This document shows positions 56,858 through 64,000 of a stretch of 64,000 nucleotides of DNA, piece by piece. The stretch's first letter is position 1; each line of letters starts with the position of its first letter. Under the pieces are notes generated by a model that was not told the origin of the DNA, searched no databases, and was given only the letters and a program-made list of their open reading frames with translations. Origin of the DNA: an uncultured Gammaproteobacteria bacterium (GTDB lineage: Bacteria; Patescibacteriota; Microgenomatia; JAMCZE01); NCBI GenBank assembly GCA_964641255.1, contig CAZXMM010000001.1, positions 409,984-473,983 on the forward strand. The letters are read 5' to 3'. The position numbers and the translations under genes are program-made.

Positions 56858-58033
56858 ATGAAAATACATACGATAGAGAAAATTGGCTCCGAAAACAGTT
56901 TACGGCTGCAATTTCCCATAACCTTTGACGGCAAGGAAAGGAACTTCCCTACTGCTTTGTATTATCAAATAGAGAAAAAATTTGAATCCTTGTTAAGTTT
57001 AAATAGCGACAGTGCTCTGGTGGCCATGCTCCTTTTGGCAATGAACCTTAAAGAGGATATCTTTGTGGAAGGATCCGTTTCAGAACAATTGATTAATAAT
57101 TTGCTGAAATATCAAGATATTGTTCATGAATGGTTTCCCAAAACCTTCTACAAAATAAAAATATCTGCCGAGCACATTGTTAGCGAAACTAAATTGAAGA
57201 ACAAAGCCGTGGGGATGGGTTTCTCTGGAGGTGTAGATTCCTTCTACACTCTTTGGAGCCATCTTGCCCCGCAAGAAAAAGATGCTTCAAAGAGGGTGAC
57301 CCACGGGATCTTTGTTCATGGTTTTGATTTTTCTCTGCCTAAAAGAGCCAGCTATGATCGCGCCTATGAGGCCTACAAGGTAATGCTTGAAAGCCTTGGC
57401 CTTACTCTAATTGGTGTGGAGACTAACATCAGGCAGTTCACTGATTATTACAGTTGGGAGATGGCCCATGGCTCCGCCCTGGGAAGTTGTGCCTTACTGT
57501 TTGAAAAAGTTTTTGGCACTTTTTACATTGCCTCGTCAGATGTTCCAGCGGCACTTAAGCCACTTGGCTCGCACCCCGACCTTGATCCACTGTTATCTAG
57601 CAATCAGATGACGGTAGTTCATGATGGATTGCAAAGTTCAAGGGTAAAAAAGATAAAAGCCCTTATCACCTGGCCACTCACTTACGATAATCTTCGGACT
57701 TGTTGGAGAAATCAGGACGGAGTGAAGAATTGTGGGCGGTGTGATTATTGTCTGCGGGTAATGGCAATCCTGGAAGCATTTGGAGTTTTAGGAAAGTACA
57801 CAACCTATCCTCCCTCGTTCTCTTATAACAGCTTAATAAATGCTCAATTTGTCTCAAAAAATCGCCAAATAATTGCCGACGAGATTATTGCTCTGGCTAA
57901 GAAGAATCATAATGAAAAACTCGCCGGTGCAGTAAAACGGGCTAAAGAGCGTGGTGCCCTGCTTTTTAAAATCAAACCACTTACTGACTTTGTTGACCAG
58001 ACGATTTATCACCTTATGCATAAGTACCAATGA
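56858..58033 (+). CDS. QueC/ExsB-like PP-loop ATP pyrophosphatase with C-terminal Cys cluster and about 110 aa N-terminal extension; putative sugar amidotransferase/amidoligase
   Basis: PP-loop GMGFSGGVDSFYTL (SGGxDS). C-terminus TCWRNQDGVKNCGRCDYCLRVMAILEAFG matches the QueC zinc-site pattern C...CGxCxxCxxR...G. Confidence 0.5.
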   Translation: MKIHTIEKIGSENSLRLQFPITFDGKERNFPTALYYQIEKKFESLLSLNSDSALVAMLLLAMNLKEDIFVEGSVSEQLINNLLKYQDIVHEWFPKTFYKIKISAEHIVSETKLKNKAVGMGFSGGVDSFYTLWSHLAPQEKDASKRVTHGIFVHGFDFSLPKRASYDRAYEAYKVMLESLGLTLIGVETNIRQFTDYYSWEMAHGSALGSCALLFEKVFGTFYIASSDVPAALKPLGSHPDLDPLLSSNQMTVVHDGLQSSRVKKIKALITWPLTYDNLRTCWRNQDGVKNCGRCDYCLRVMAILEAFGVLGKYTTYPPSFSYNSLINAQFVSKNRQIIADEIIALAKKNHNEKLAGAVKRAKERGALLFKIKPLTDFVDQTIYHLMHKYQ

Positions 58034-59223
58034 CAATCATTCTTGACTGTGGTAGTTATCATTTGCAAAACCTCGGTGATATCGCCATGCTCCAAGTGAC
58101 TGAGCAGCAGATGAGAAAGTTTTGGCCCGAAGCAGGGATCTATGTTCTGACTCTCGTCCCCAAACGGTTGGCAGAATTTTGTCCACTAGCTTTGCCCTTG
58201 TCCACAGCGAGCCGTTATTTGTGGTTGGAACAACACCTCAAACGCATCAGCCATAAAGAACAGTGGGAGCAATTTCTTCATACCGCTGGTGCTCAAATTA
58301 CGGCTAAACCTGAAGAATTTAACCAAGTTTTTGCAAAGACCGATGCGGTAGTAGTCAGTGGCGGGGGCTTTATGAACGACATTTTTATCGATCACGCCAT
58401 TGATGTTTTAGATATGCTTGGGGAAGCCCAAAATCAGGGAAAGTGTACCGCGATGTTTGGTCAAGGATTTGGACCAGTGACTAATCCTGCTTTACTTGAG
58501 CGGATGAACCAGGTATTACCCCGTCTGGCAGTAGTAGGGCTACGGGAGAAATTATCCGGTCGTTCCTTAGTTAAAAATTTGGGGGTAACCGATCCCCAGA
58601 TTTTTGTGACCGGGGACGACTCTCTGGCTTTGGCTCCAAACAGAGAAAAACCAGGGGAGAGTATTGGGGTCAACTTGCGACTCTCCTACTATTCTGAGGT
58701 GACCCATAATCAAAGGCGAGCGGTAAAAGAAGCTGTTTTGGCTTTAACCGGGGAACTAGAAACTAAACTCGTTCCCTTGCCCATCTCTTTTTACCCGCAA
58801 GAGTCAGATGTTAAGAGTTTAACGTCTCTGTTTCCGGCCCAACTCTATCGCTACCCACTAGAGCGGGACGAAGAGTCGACTGTTCAATCAGCCTTGGCGC
58901 GCGCAGCTAGCTGTCGTACTGTTATTACTGGGAGTTATCATGGGGCGGTGTTTGCCCTGGCTTGCGGGGTTCCAGTAGTGGCACTGTCAGGCTCAACCTA
59001 TTATTTGGATAAATTTTTGGGTTTGGCAGATTTGTTTCCCGAAGGAGCGGTTCAAATTGTAGGTTTGGCCGATCGTTTTTTGCGTCTAAATCTGCAGTCG
59101 GCGACCAGAAAGGCCTGGGCTAAAGCCCATCTGCTAAAAGAGAAAATTTTACAAAGCGCAAAAGAACAAGCCCAACTGAGAGACCAAGCATATGAGAGGT
59201 TTTACGCTATACTTGAGCCATGA
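58030..59223 (+). CDS. Polysaccharide pyruvyl transferase family protein (CsaB/WcaK-like)
   Basis: N-terminal YHLQNLGDIAMLQV, then DAVVVSGGGFMNDIF. Both are characteristic of the PS_pyruv_trans family. Confidence 0.5.
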   Translation: MTIILDCGSYHLQNLGDIAMLQVTEQQMRKFWPEAGIYVLTLVPKRLAEFCPLALPLSTASRYLWLEQHLKRISHKEQWEQFLHTAGAQITAKPEEFNQVFAKTDAVVVSGGGFMNDIFIDHAIDVLDMLGEAQNQGKCTAMFGQGFGPVTNPALLERMNQVLPRLAVVGLREKLSGRSLVKNLGVTDPQIFVTGDDSLALAPNREKPGESIGVNLRLSYYSEVTHNQRRAVKEAVLALTGELETKLVPLPISFYPQESDVKSLTSLFPAQLYRYPLERDEESTVQSALARAASCRTVITGSYHGAVFALACGVPVVALSGSTYYLDKFLGLADLFPEGAVQIVGLADRFLRLNLQSATRKAWAKAHLLKEKILQSAKEQAQLRDQAYERFYAILEP

Positions 59224-60683
59224 AATCATTTTGGTTTGTTGCGCTTCTTTTGGTGGTCTCATTTAAACAATTGTTGTGGATTTCTGCTCTGCCAATCTTT
59301 CAGACGCCCGATGAACAGGCACACCTTGCCCAGCTGGCGTACTTAGCCGAACACCAGGTAACTAAAGTGCCAACCAATGTCGATTTATCCTTAGAAATTG
59401 CCACCACAGAAGAACTGCTTGGTACAAGACGTGATTCGTACGGCAATAATAAATTTACCTATCACCCTGAATTTAATATTACCTACAGTAAGGACCAAAC
59501 TGGAATCTTTGAAGTGGCGATGGCTACCCTTTCTGGGTCAGCAAGAACGGTATATGTGGGTGGGGAAGCAGCTCACTATCCACCACTCGGCTATGTGACT
59601 TCTCTACCATTCTATTATTTAGCCTATGATAGCTCGCTTATTGAGCGAATCTTTGCCTCTCGACTTCTTAATCTGATCATCCATCTTCTTCAGGTGCTGG
59701 TCGCCTATAAAATAGGTAAAACCATTTGGAAAAAGGAAAGGGAGGCTCTAGTGTTAGGCATTCTGGTTTCTTTTCAACCAATGATCTCCTTCGTGGCAGC
59801 GGGAATTCATCCGGATAACCTGCTTAATCTTTTGTACAGTTTGGGACTACTGTTTTTGTTGCGAGTTATCCGTGACGGGCTGCGCCTAAAACATCTTGTC
59901 GGCCTGGGTATAGTTCTAGTACTGGGTTTTTACACCAAACAACTCATTTTTCCGTTTTTTCCCCTAGCTCTGGCGACTCTGACCTATGTTCTACTTAAGA
60001 AAAAACGCCTGTTAGCTCTCGGCAGCTCCTTAGTCGTTCTTTTGGGACCAATCCCGCTATTTTTTGTTCCCATCTCGCTGCCCTATCTGCCTTTGGCTAC
60101 GGTCCATCATATTACGTTGCCCGAGTACCTTAATTTCCGGCTTAAGCGCCTAGTGTTTGAAATGTGGCCTTGGTACTGGGGAGTGTTTCGCTGGTTAAGT
60201 CTCGCCTTGCCCCGAGAAGTCATGCGACTAATTACCCGGGTGGCCCTGCTGGCAAGTGTAGGAATAGGTATCTATTTTTTGAAAGTAGTCACTAAAAGAC
60301 AACCGCTAACTTTTGAGGCCAAGGCGGCGATTCTTTTTCTGGTCTCGACCCTAACCTATATTATTTACCTATTCCTATGGGATTTTCGCTTAATGGACTA
60401 CTTGGGTTTTTCTCAGGGCCTCCAGGGCCGTTATCTATTCCCCAATATTGTGGCTCATCTAGCCCTGTTCCAACTAGGAATCATGACCTTGTTTAGCTTT
60501 AGAAAAAGACTGCAACAAGCGGTACTGGGTGTTTTAGCTGCCGCGATGGTGGGGCTAAATGTCGTTTCTTGGTGGCTCCTCTCCACGAGCTATTACGGAA
60601 CTGAGTGGCAGATGTTTCTGTTGCGCGCCTCACAGTACAAACCCGACTGGATTAAAGAAATGATCGGACTCCTGATACAATAA
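59220..60683 (+). CDS. Polytopic membrane protein (GT-C-like; PDE-motif loop), unknown family
   Basis: 487 aa with about 11 TM helices. First loop LPIFQTPDEQAHLAQLAYLAEHQ has the D-E pair typical of GT-C first loops. Confidence 0.4.
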   Translation: MKSFWFVALLLVVSFKQLLWISALPIFQTPDEQAHLAQLAYLAEHQVTKVPTNVDLSLEIATTEELLGTRRDSYGNNKFTYHPEFNITYSKDQTGIFEVAMATLSGSARTVYVGGEAAHYPPLGYVTSLPFYYLAYDSSLIERIFASRLLNLIIHLLQVLVAYKIGKTIWKKEREALVLGILVSFQPMISFVAAGIHPDNLLNLLYSLGLLFLLRVIRDGLRLKHLVGLGIVLVLGFYTKQLIFPFFPLALATLTYVLLKKKRLLALGSSLVVLLGPIPLFFVPISLPYLPLATVHHITLPEYLNFRLKRLVFEMWPWYWGVFRWLSLALPREVMRLITRVALLASVGIGIYFLKVVTKRQPLTFEAKAAILFLVSTLTYIIYLFLWDFRLMDYLGFSQGLQGRYLFPNIVAHLALFQLGIMTLFSFRKRLQQAVLGVLAAAMVGLNVVSWWLLSTSYYGTEWQMFLLRASQYKPDWIKEMIGLLIQ

Positions 60684-60688
60684 CTTTA

Positions 60689-61906
60689 ATGCGTAGTCTG
60701 ACTCAAAGCATCATCCTAACCGGCGGTACCGTCGTTAACTCTGTCTTGGGATTAGTATTTTACATTGTTATCGGCCGCACACTTTCTCTTGAGGCAGTAG
60801 GTTATTTTTCCTTTCTTTTAGGAATTGGGGTGCTTGCCGCTGACATTGGCGATCTAGGGGTGAGCCCCAGCATTATCCGCTTTGGACACGGTGACAGATT
60901 CCGAGCGGTTTTTTCAGTCGCTCTCCTTCAGCGAACTATGGTTGGTGCCATTTTTTTTGCCACTGCGCTGATAGCCCAACAATTCTATCCCGCTAATTTC
61001 TTTCTATCAGCGCTAGTGGCCTCATGCTTACTGCTCCTTTCTACAATCCTGCAGTCATTTTTAGCCAAACAAAGGTATGGTCTTTATGTTGGCGCCAGTC
61101 TTCTGAGCAATATTTTTCGCTTAGGAGCGGTACTAGGGCTCATCTCAGGGAGTCTGCTGACGATAGACAGCGCCCTCCTAGCTATGGTGGCCGCCAATCT
61201 CCTAGCTCTTAGTCTTGGGTTTATCGCCCTTTGTCTTTTAGAGAGAGGGCTTCCTTTGGTAAGGTCGGGTTTGAGCAAAATGTTGGGAGAAATGGCCCGT
61301 TTTGGCAGCTTTCTCGGTTTTTCGCTTTCGGTTAGCGCCCTAGCCTCCAAACTGGATAATCCCTTAGTCTTTTCGCTGGCTGGTCCCCAAGCGGCGGGGC
61401 TGTATTTTACCGCTCAGCGCTTAAGTTCCATTGTTCCCCAGGTAGCCGGCTCTCTTGATGGTGTCTTTGCCCCGAAGTTTTCTAAAGGCGAGGAAATTCG
61501 CAAACACTTTCGGGAATACGTGCTTTTTGCCGGTGTAGCAGCGCTAGGAATCTTGGTCGTGGTACCTTTCACTCCCTTGTTGCTTGCCTTTATCTTCGGT
61601 CCCAAATACGAGCTGGCAGCTCGGCTGCTTCAGGTTCTGTTTGTGGGAATGAGCCTTTTTATCTTTTCTGGTCCCTTCACTTCCTCACTGATATACCGGT
61701 TTAGTCAGACCAAGCTCCATTTTTTTACATCTCTTGTGCAACTGGCACTGAGCGTCGCCTTTATGGCTCTGCTAATTCCCCATTTTGCGGCCACTGGGGC
61801 GGCTTTGGCCTTTGTCATTGTCCAAGGACTGGATCTAGTAGCCATGATCAGTTTATATATAATCTTTAATTCGCGTGATCAAAATAACCACTCACACTCT
61901 CGTTAA
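60689..61906 (+). CDS. Wzx-type flippase / polysaccharide biosynthesis membrane protein (second copy)
   Basis: 405 aa with about 12 TM helices. N-terminus SIILTGGTVVNSVLGLVFYIVIGRTLSLEAVGYFSFLLGIGVLAADIGDLGVS is typical of the Wzx/PST family. Confidence 0.6.
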   Translation: MRSLTQSIILTGGTVVNSVLGLVFYIVIGRTLSLEAVGYFSFLLGIGVLAADIGDLGVSPSIIRFGHGDRFRAVFSVALLQRTMVGAIFFATALIAQQFYPANFFLSALVASCLLLLSTILQSFLAKQRYGLYVGASLLSNIFRLGAVLGLISGSLLTIDSALLAMVAANLLALSLGFIALCLLERGLPLVRSGLSKMLGEMARFGSFLGFSLSVSALASKLDNPLVFSLAGPQAAGLYFTAQRLSSIVPQVAGSLDGVFAPKFSKGEEIRKHFREYVLFAGVAALGILVVVPFTPLLLAFIFGPKYELAARLLQVLFVGMSLFIFSGPFTSSLIYRFSQTKLHFFTSLVQLALSVAFMALLIPHFAATGAALAFVIVQGLDLVAMISLYIIFNSRDQNNHSHSR

Positions 61907-62663
61907 AAACGAGGAAAACTTTATCTGGTTTGCCCTCAATTCCGTTCGCAAATTCGCCACTGAGATGCTCGTCTTTGATGATAATTCCACTGACAAGACC
62001 GCTGAAATTTTGAACTCAATCCGCGACCCTAAACTGAAAGTTACTAGAGGGACCTTAACCACGGCAGGAGACATTCGTAATACTATGCTTAAGGAAACCA
62101 AAACAGATTGGTTTCTTTTGCTGGATGGAGATGAAGTCTGGAATGAAAAGACACTTGAGAAACTACTGGATTTCTTGGAGGATTGTCCTCGGGATGTTTG
62201 GGGAGTTGTGATGAGAACAAGAAATTGTATCGGAGACGTCTATCATTATCAGCCCGAAAGTGCGGGACAATACACCCTGTTAGGTAGAAAGGGTAATCTA
62301 AATATTCGCGCCTATCGGAAACTTCCCAACCTACAGTGGTGTTGGGATTATCCCAGGGAAACTTACTGTGATTTGAGAGAAAATCCTATCAATAACCAAG
62401 ATGCTCATTTGCGTTTTTTTGATGACCACTATTGGCATATGACCTATTTGCCAAGGACGAGTAGCACGGCAGAGCGCAAACATCCCCAGCGACTCAAGAC
62501 GGAATGGGGAATTAAAATTAAAAATGTATCGGAATTACCAGAAGTTTTTTTTGTTGATCGGCCGTCCATGGTTCCTAATCCCTTACAAAATAGGAGGTCT
62601 AGCTACACATTGCGTGCCAGCCTAGTGAGCCCACTGTTGCGCTTGAAAAGGAGTCTACAATGA
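61875..62663 (+). CDS. GT2-like (GT-A) glycosyltransferase
   Basis: HTLVKNEENFI, LVFDDNSTDKT and LLLDGDEVW. Confidence 0.65.
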   Translation: MIKITTHTLVKNEENFIWFALNSVRKFATEMLVFDDNSTDKTAEILNSIRDPKLKVTRGTLTTAGDIRNTMLKETKTDWFLLLDGDEVWNEKTLEKLLDFLEDCPRDVWGVVMRTRNCIGDVYHYQPESAGQYTLLGRKGNLNIRAYRKLPNLQWCWDYPRETYCDLRENPINNQDAHLRFFDDHYWHMTYLPRTSSTAERKHPQRLKTEWGIKIKNVSELPEVFFVDRPSMVPNPLQNRRSSYTLRASLVSPLLRLKRSLQ

Positions 62664-63445
62664 AACGAGCGGCGATTAAGAGAAAGATTTGGCAAAATGA
62701 AAGGTATTACCAACATATTGCCACCATTGACCGATTTGATCATCCGGGATTTCTTTTCATAAAAGCGAAAAGTAAAACTGCTAGTGCCATTTTAGATGTA
62801 GGCTGTGGTGATGGCAGTAAATTGTCGAATTTCGGAAGCGCGCAGTCTCGCTTATTTGGGTGTGACATCAGCAGTGCGGGGATTGCTCGGGGGAAAAAAT
62901 TGTATCCCCAAATCAAGTTTTCGGTATTTGACGGGCTGACACTGCCGTACGAGGATAATTTCTTTGATTTGGTGACGACGATGTTTGTTTTGGAACACAC
63001 CAGCAATCCAGAGCCATTAATTAACGAAATGGTAAGAGTGACAAAAATAGGTGGCTATATAGCCTTTCTGGCACCTAATTTTGGCGCTCCCAATAGAGCC
63101 TCGCCAAACTTTGTGGGATCAAGATGGAAAAAACTAGCTTGTGGACTGCTTAATTTCTTTTTGATCAGTGGGAAAAACTTAAACTGGCAACTTGTCGAAC
63201 CCAAGGCGCTATCTATGGATTCATTTACTATTGACAGTGATACGACTGTCGAGCCTTATGTTTACTCGCTGCAGCATTTTGTAAAAAATTTAAATTGTCA
63301 CATTGTTTTTAGCTCCTCTTATTGGGAAATGGAGCAACCGGGGGCAAAATTTCTGCAAAGACTGTTTAAATTCTTAGGAACGAGCGGGCTTGCCCCATTT
63401 AAATATTTCGGCCCCCACCTTTTTGTATTTGCACAAAAGAAATGA
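62660..63445 (+). CDS. Class I SAM-dependent methyltransferase (Methyltransf_11-like)
   Basis: ILDVGCGDGSKLSNF, LFGCDIS and FDLVTTMFVLEHT. Confidence 0.8.
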   Translation: MKRAAIKRKIWQNERYYQHIATIDRFDHPGFLFIKAKSKTASAILDVGCGDGSKLSNFGSAQSRLFGCDISSAGIARGKKLYPQIKFSVFDGLTLPYEDNFFDLVTTMFVLEHTSNPEPLINEMVRVTKIGGYIAFLAPNFGAPNRASPNFVGSRWKKLACGLLNFFLISGKNLNWQLVEPKALSMDSFTIDSDTTVEPYVYSLQHFVKNLNCHIVFSSSYWEMEQPGAKFLQRLFKFLGTSGLAPFKYFGPHLFVFAQKK

Positions 63446-64000
63446 AAATAGCCTTTTTAAGCTTATATATGGGACATGTACCAAGGGGGGTAGAAACTTT
63501 TGTATTTGAAGTAGCTAATAGGCTCGCTAAAAAACACGAGGTGACCGTTTATCAGGGTGGACCCACGCTAAAAGGTGCGGTCTACAAAACAGTGGAAGTA
63601 ACTACAGAAATTGATTGGAACCAAAAAGATTCTCGAGGAACCCTATTGAAATTGTTTTTAATAGATTACTGGAGCCTTCTTCTTAAAAAATTCACCCTGG
63701 CAACCCTAAAGCTGTTCGATTCCTCTGTAGACATCGTCTTCCCCACGAATGGAGGCTGGCAAAGTGTGTTGATCAGGCTCTGGTCTATGGTAAAAGGTAT
63801 ACCCATGGTCATTGCCGGCCAATCTGGTCCCGGAGTCGATGATAGGATTAATCTCCTCTGTCGTCCCAATACCTTTATCAGTTTGACAGACTATCAAAGC
63901 CAGTGGGCCAAGCGAAATGGTTTCGGTGTTCCGGTAATAAAAATTCCGAATGGAGTGGATTTAGGGGTGTTTAATCCCAAGATTACACCAGCCAAAGTCG
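63442..64000 (+). CDS. GT4 family glycosyltransferase, N-terminal part (continues beyond window end)
   Basis: ATG at 63442 overlaps the upstream TGA (ATGA). Open frame to the window end, MKIAFLSLYMGHVPRGVETFVFEVANRLAKKHEVTVYQGG..., typical of a GT4 N-terminal domain. Not in the ORF track because it is unterminated. Confidence 0.6.
   Translation, partial: MKIAFLSLYMGHVPRGVETFVFEVANRLAKKHEVTVYQGGPTLKGAVYKTVEVTTEIDWNQKDSRGTLLKLFLIDYWSLLLKKFTLATLKLFDSSVDIVFPTNGGWQSVLIRLWSMVKGIPMVIAGQSGPGVDDRINLLCRPNTFISLTDYQSQWAKRNGFGVPVIKIPNGVDLGVFNPKITPAKV

Noticed and set aside
1-64000. Alternative genetic code (UGA recoding, as in some CPR lineages)
   Set aside because: TGA terminates many well-defined genes exactly where the next gene's ATG begins (ATGA overlaps at 1111, 4581, 23734, 25374, 33312, 36690, 63442 and others). 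Read-through would be inconsistent with this. Standard code 11 fits.
1-64000. CRISPR arrays, tRNA/rRNA genes, transposases/integrases or other mobile-element hallmarks
   Set aside because: No regularly spaced direct repeats and no ORFs with DDE/tyrosine-recombinase-like motifs were seen. Intergenic space is nearly absent, leaving no room for a tRNA. The low-GC island is inferred from composition only, without a recognisable mobility gene.

Overview
Almost the whole 64 kb window is one compact surface-glycan / glycosylation super-locus. About 54 back-to-back protein genes were called, 46 of them on the + strand, many joined by ATGA/TAATG start-stop overlaps. TGA is used as a stop codon (standard code 11). 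No rRNA, tRNA, CRISPR, transposase or integrase was seen.

The window opens with the 5' end of trmD on the - strand; everything else is glycan-related. Contents:
- Five Dpm1/GtrB/CsbB-like GT2 polyprenyl-phosphate-sugar synthases, one of them with degenerate catalytic motifs, and a single GtrA-like flippase.
- Around 20 polytopic GT-C-like membrane proteins in at least four paralog families: a six-member ArnT/PMT-like array plus one PMT-like member; a three-member 'family A'; two YfhO; and three YfhO-like proteins tentatively assigned to the COG5617/PTPS-related family.
- Five GT4 and about eight other GT2 glycosyltransferases, two Wzx-type flippases, and an ABC-2 permease/ATPase exporter pair whose ATPase carries a Wzt-like C-terminal extension.
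- Six SAM-dependent methyltransferases, a GT47 exostosin-like protein, a PIG-V-like mannosyltransferase, a polysaccharide pyruvyl transferase, and a QueC-like PP-loop enzyme.
- A GT6 (ABO blood-group transferase-like) domain fused to a second GT-A domain, next to a GT11 alpha-1,2-fucosyltransferase. Together these could make a blood-group A/B-like antigen.

The segment from roughly 45.7 to 57 kb, which holds the ABC exporter, GT6 and GT11, is visibly more AT-rich than its flanks, which suggests a horizontally acquired module. The gene architecture (massive overlaps, GT-C expansion) looks like a small-genome uncultivated lineage such as Patescibacteria/CPR, but that is inference.

Products are assigned from motifs read by eye; no database search was possible.
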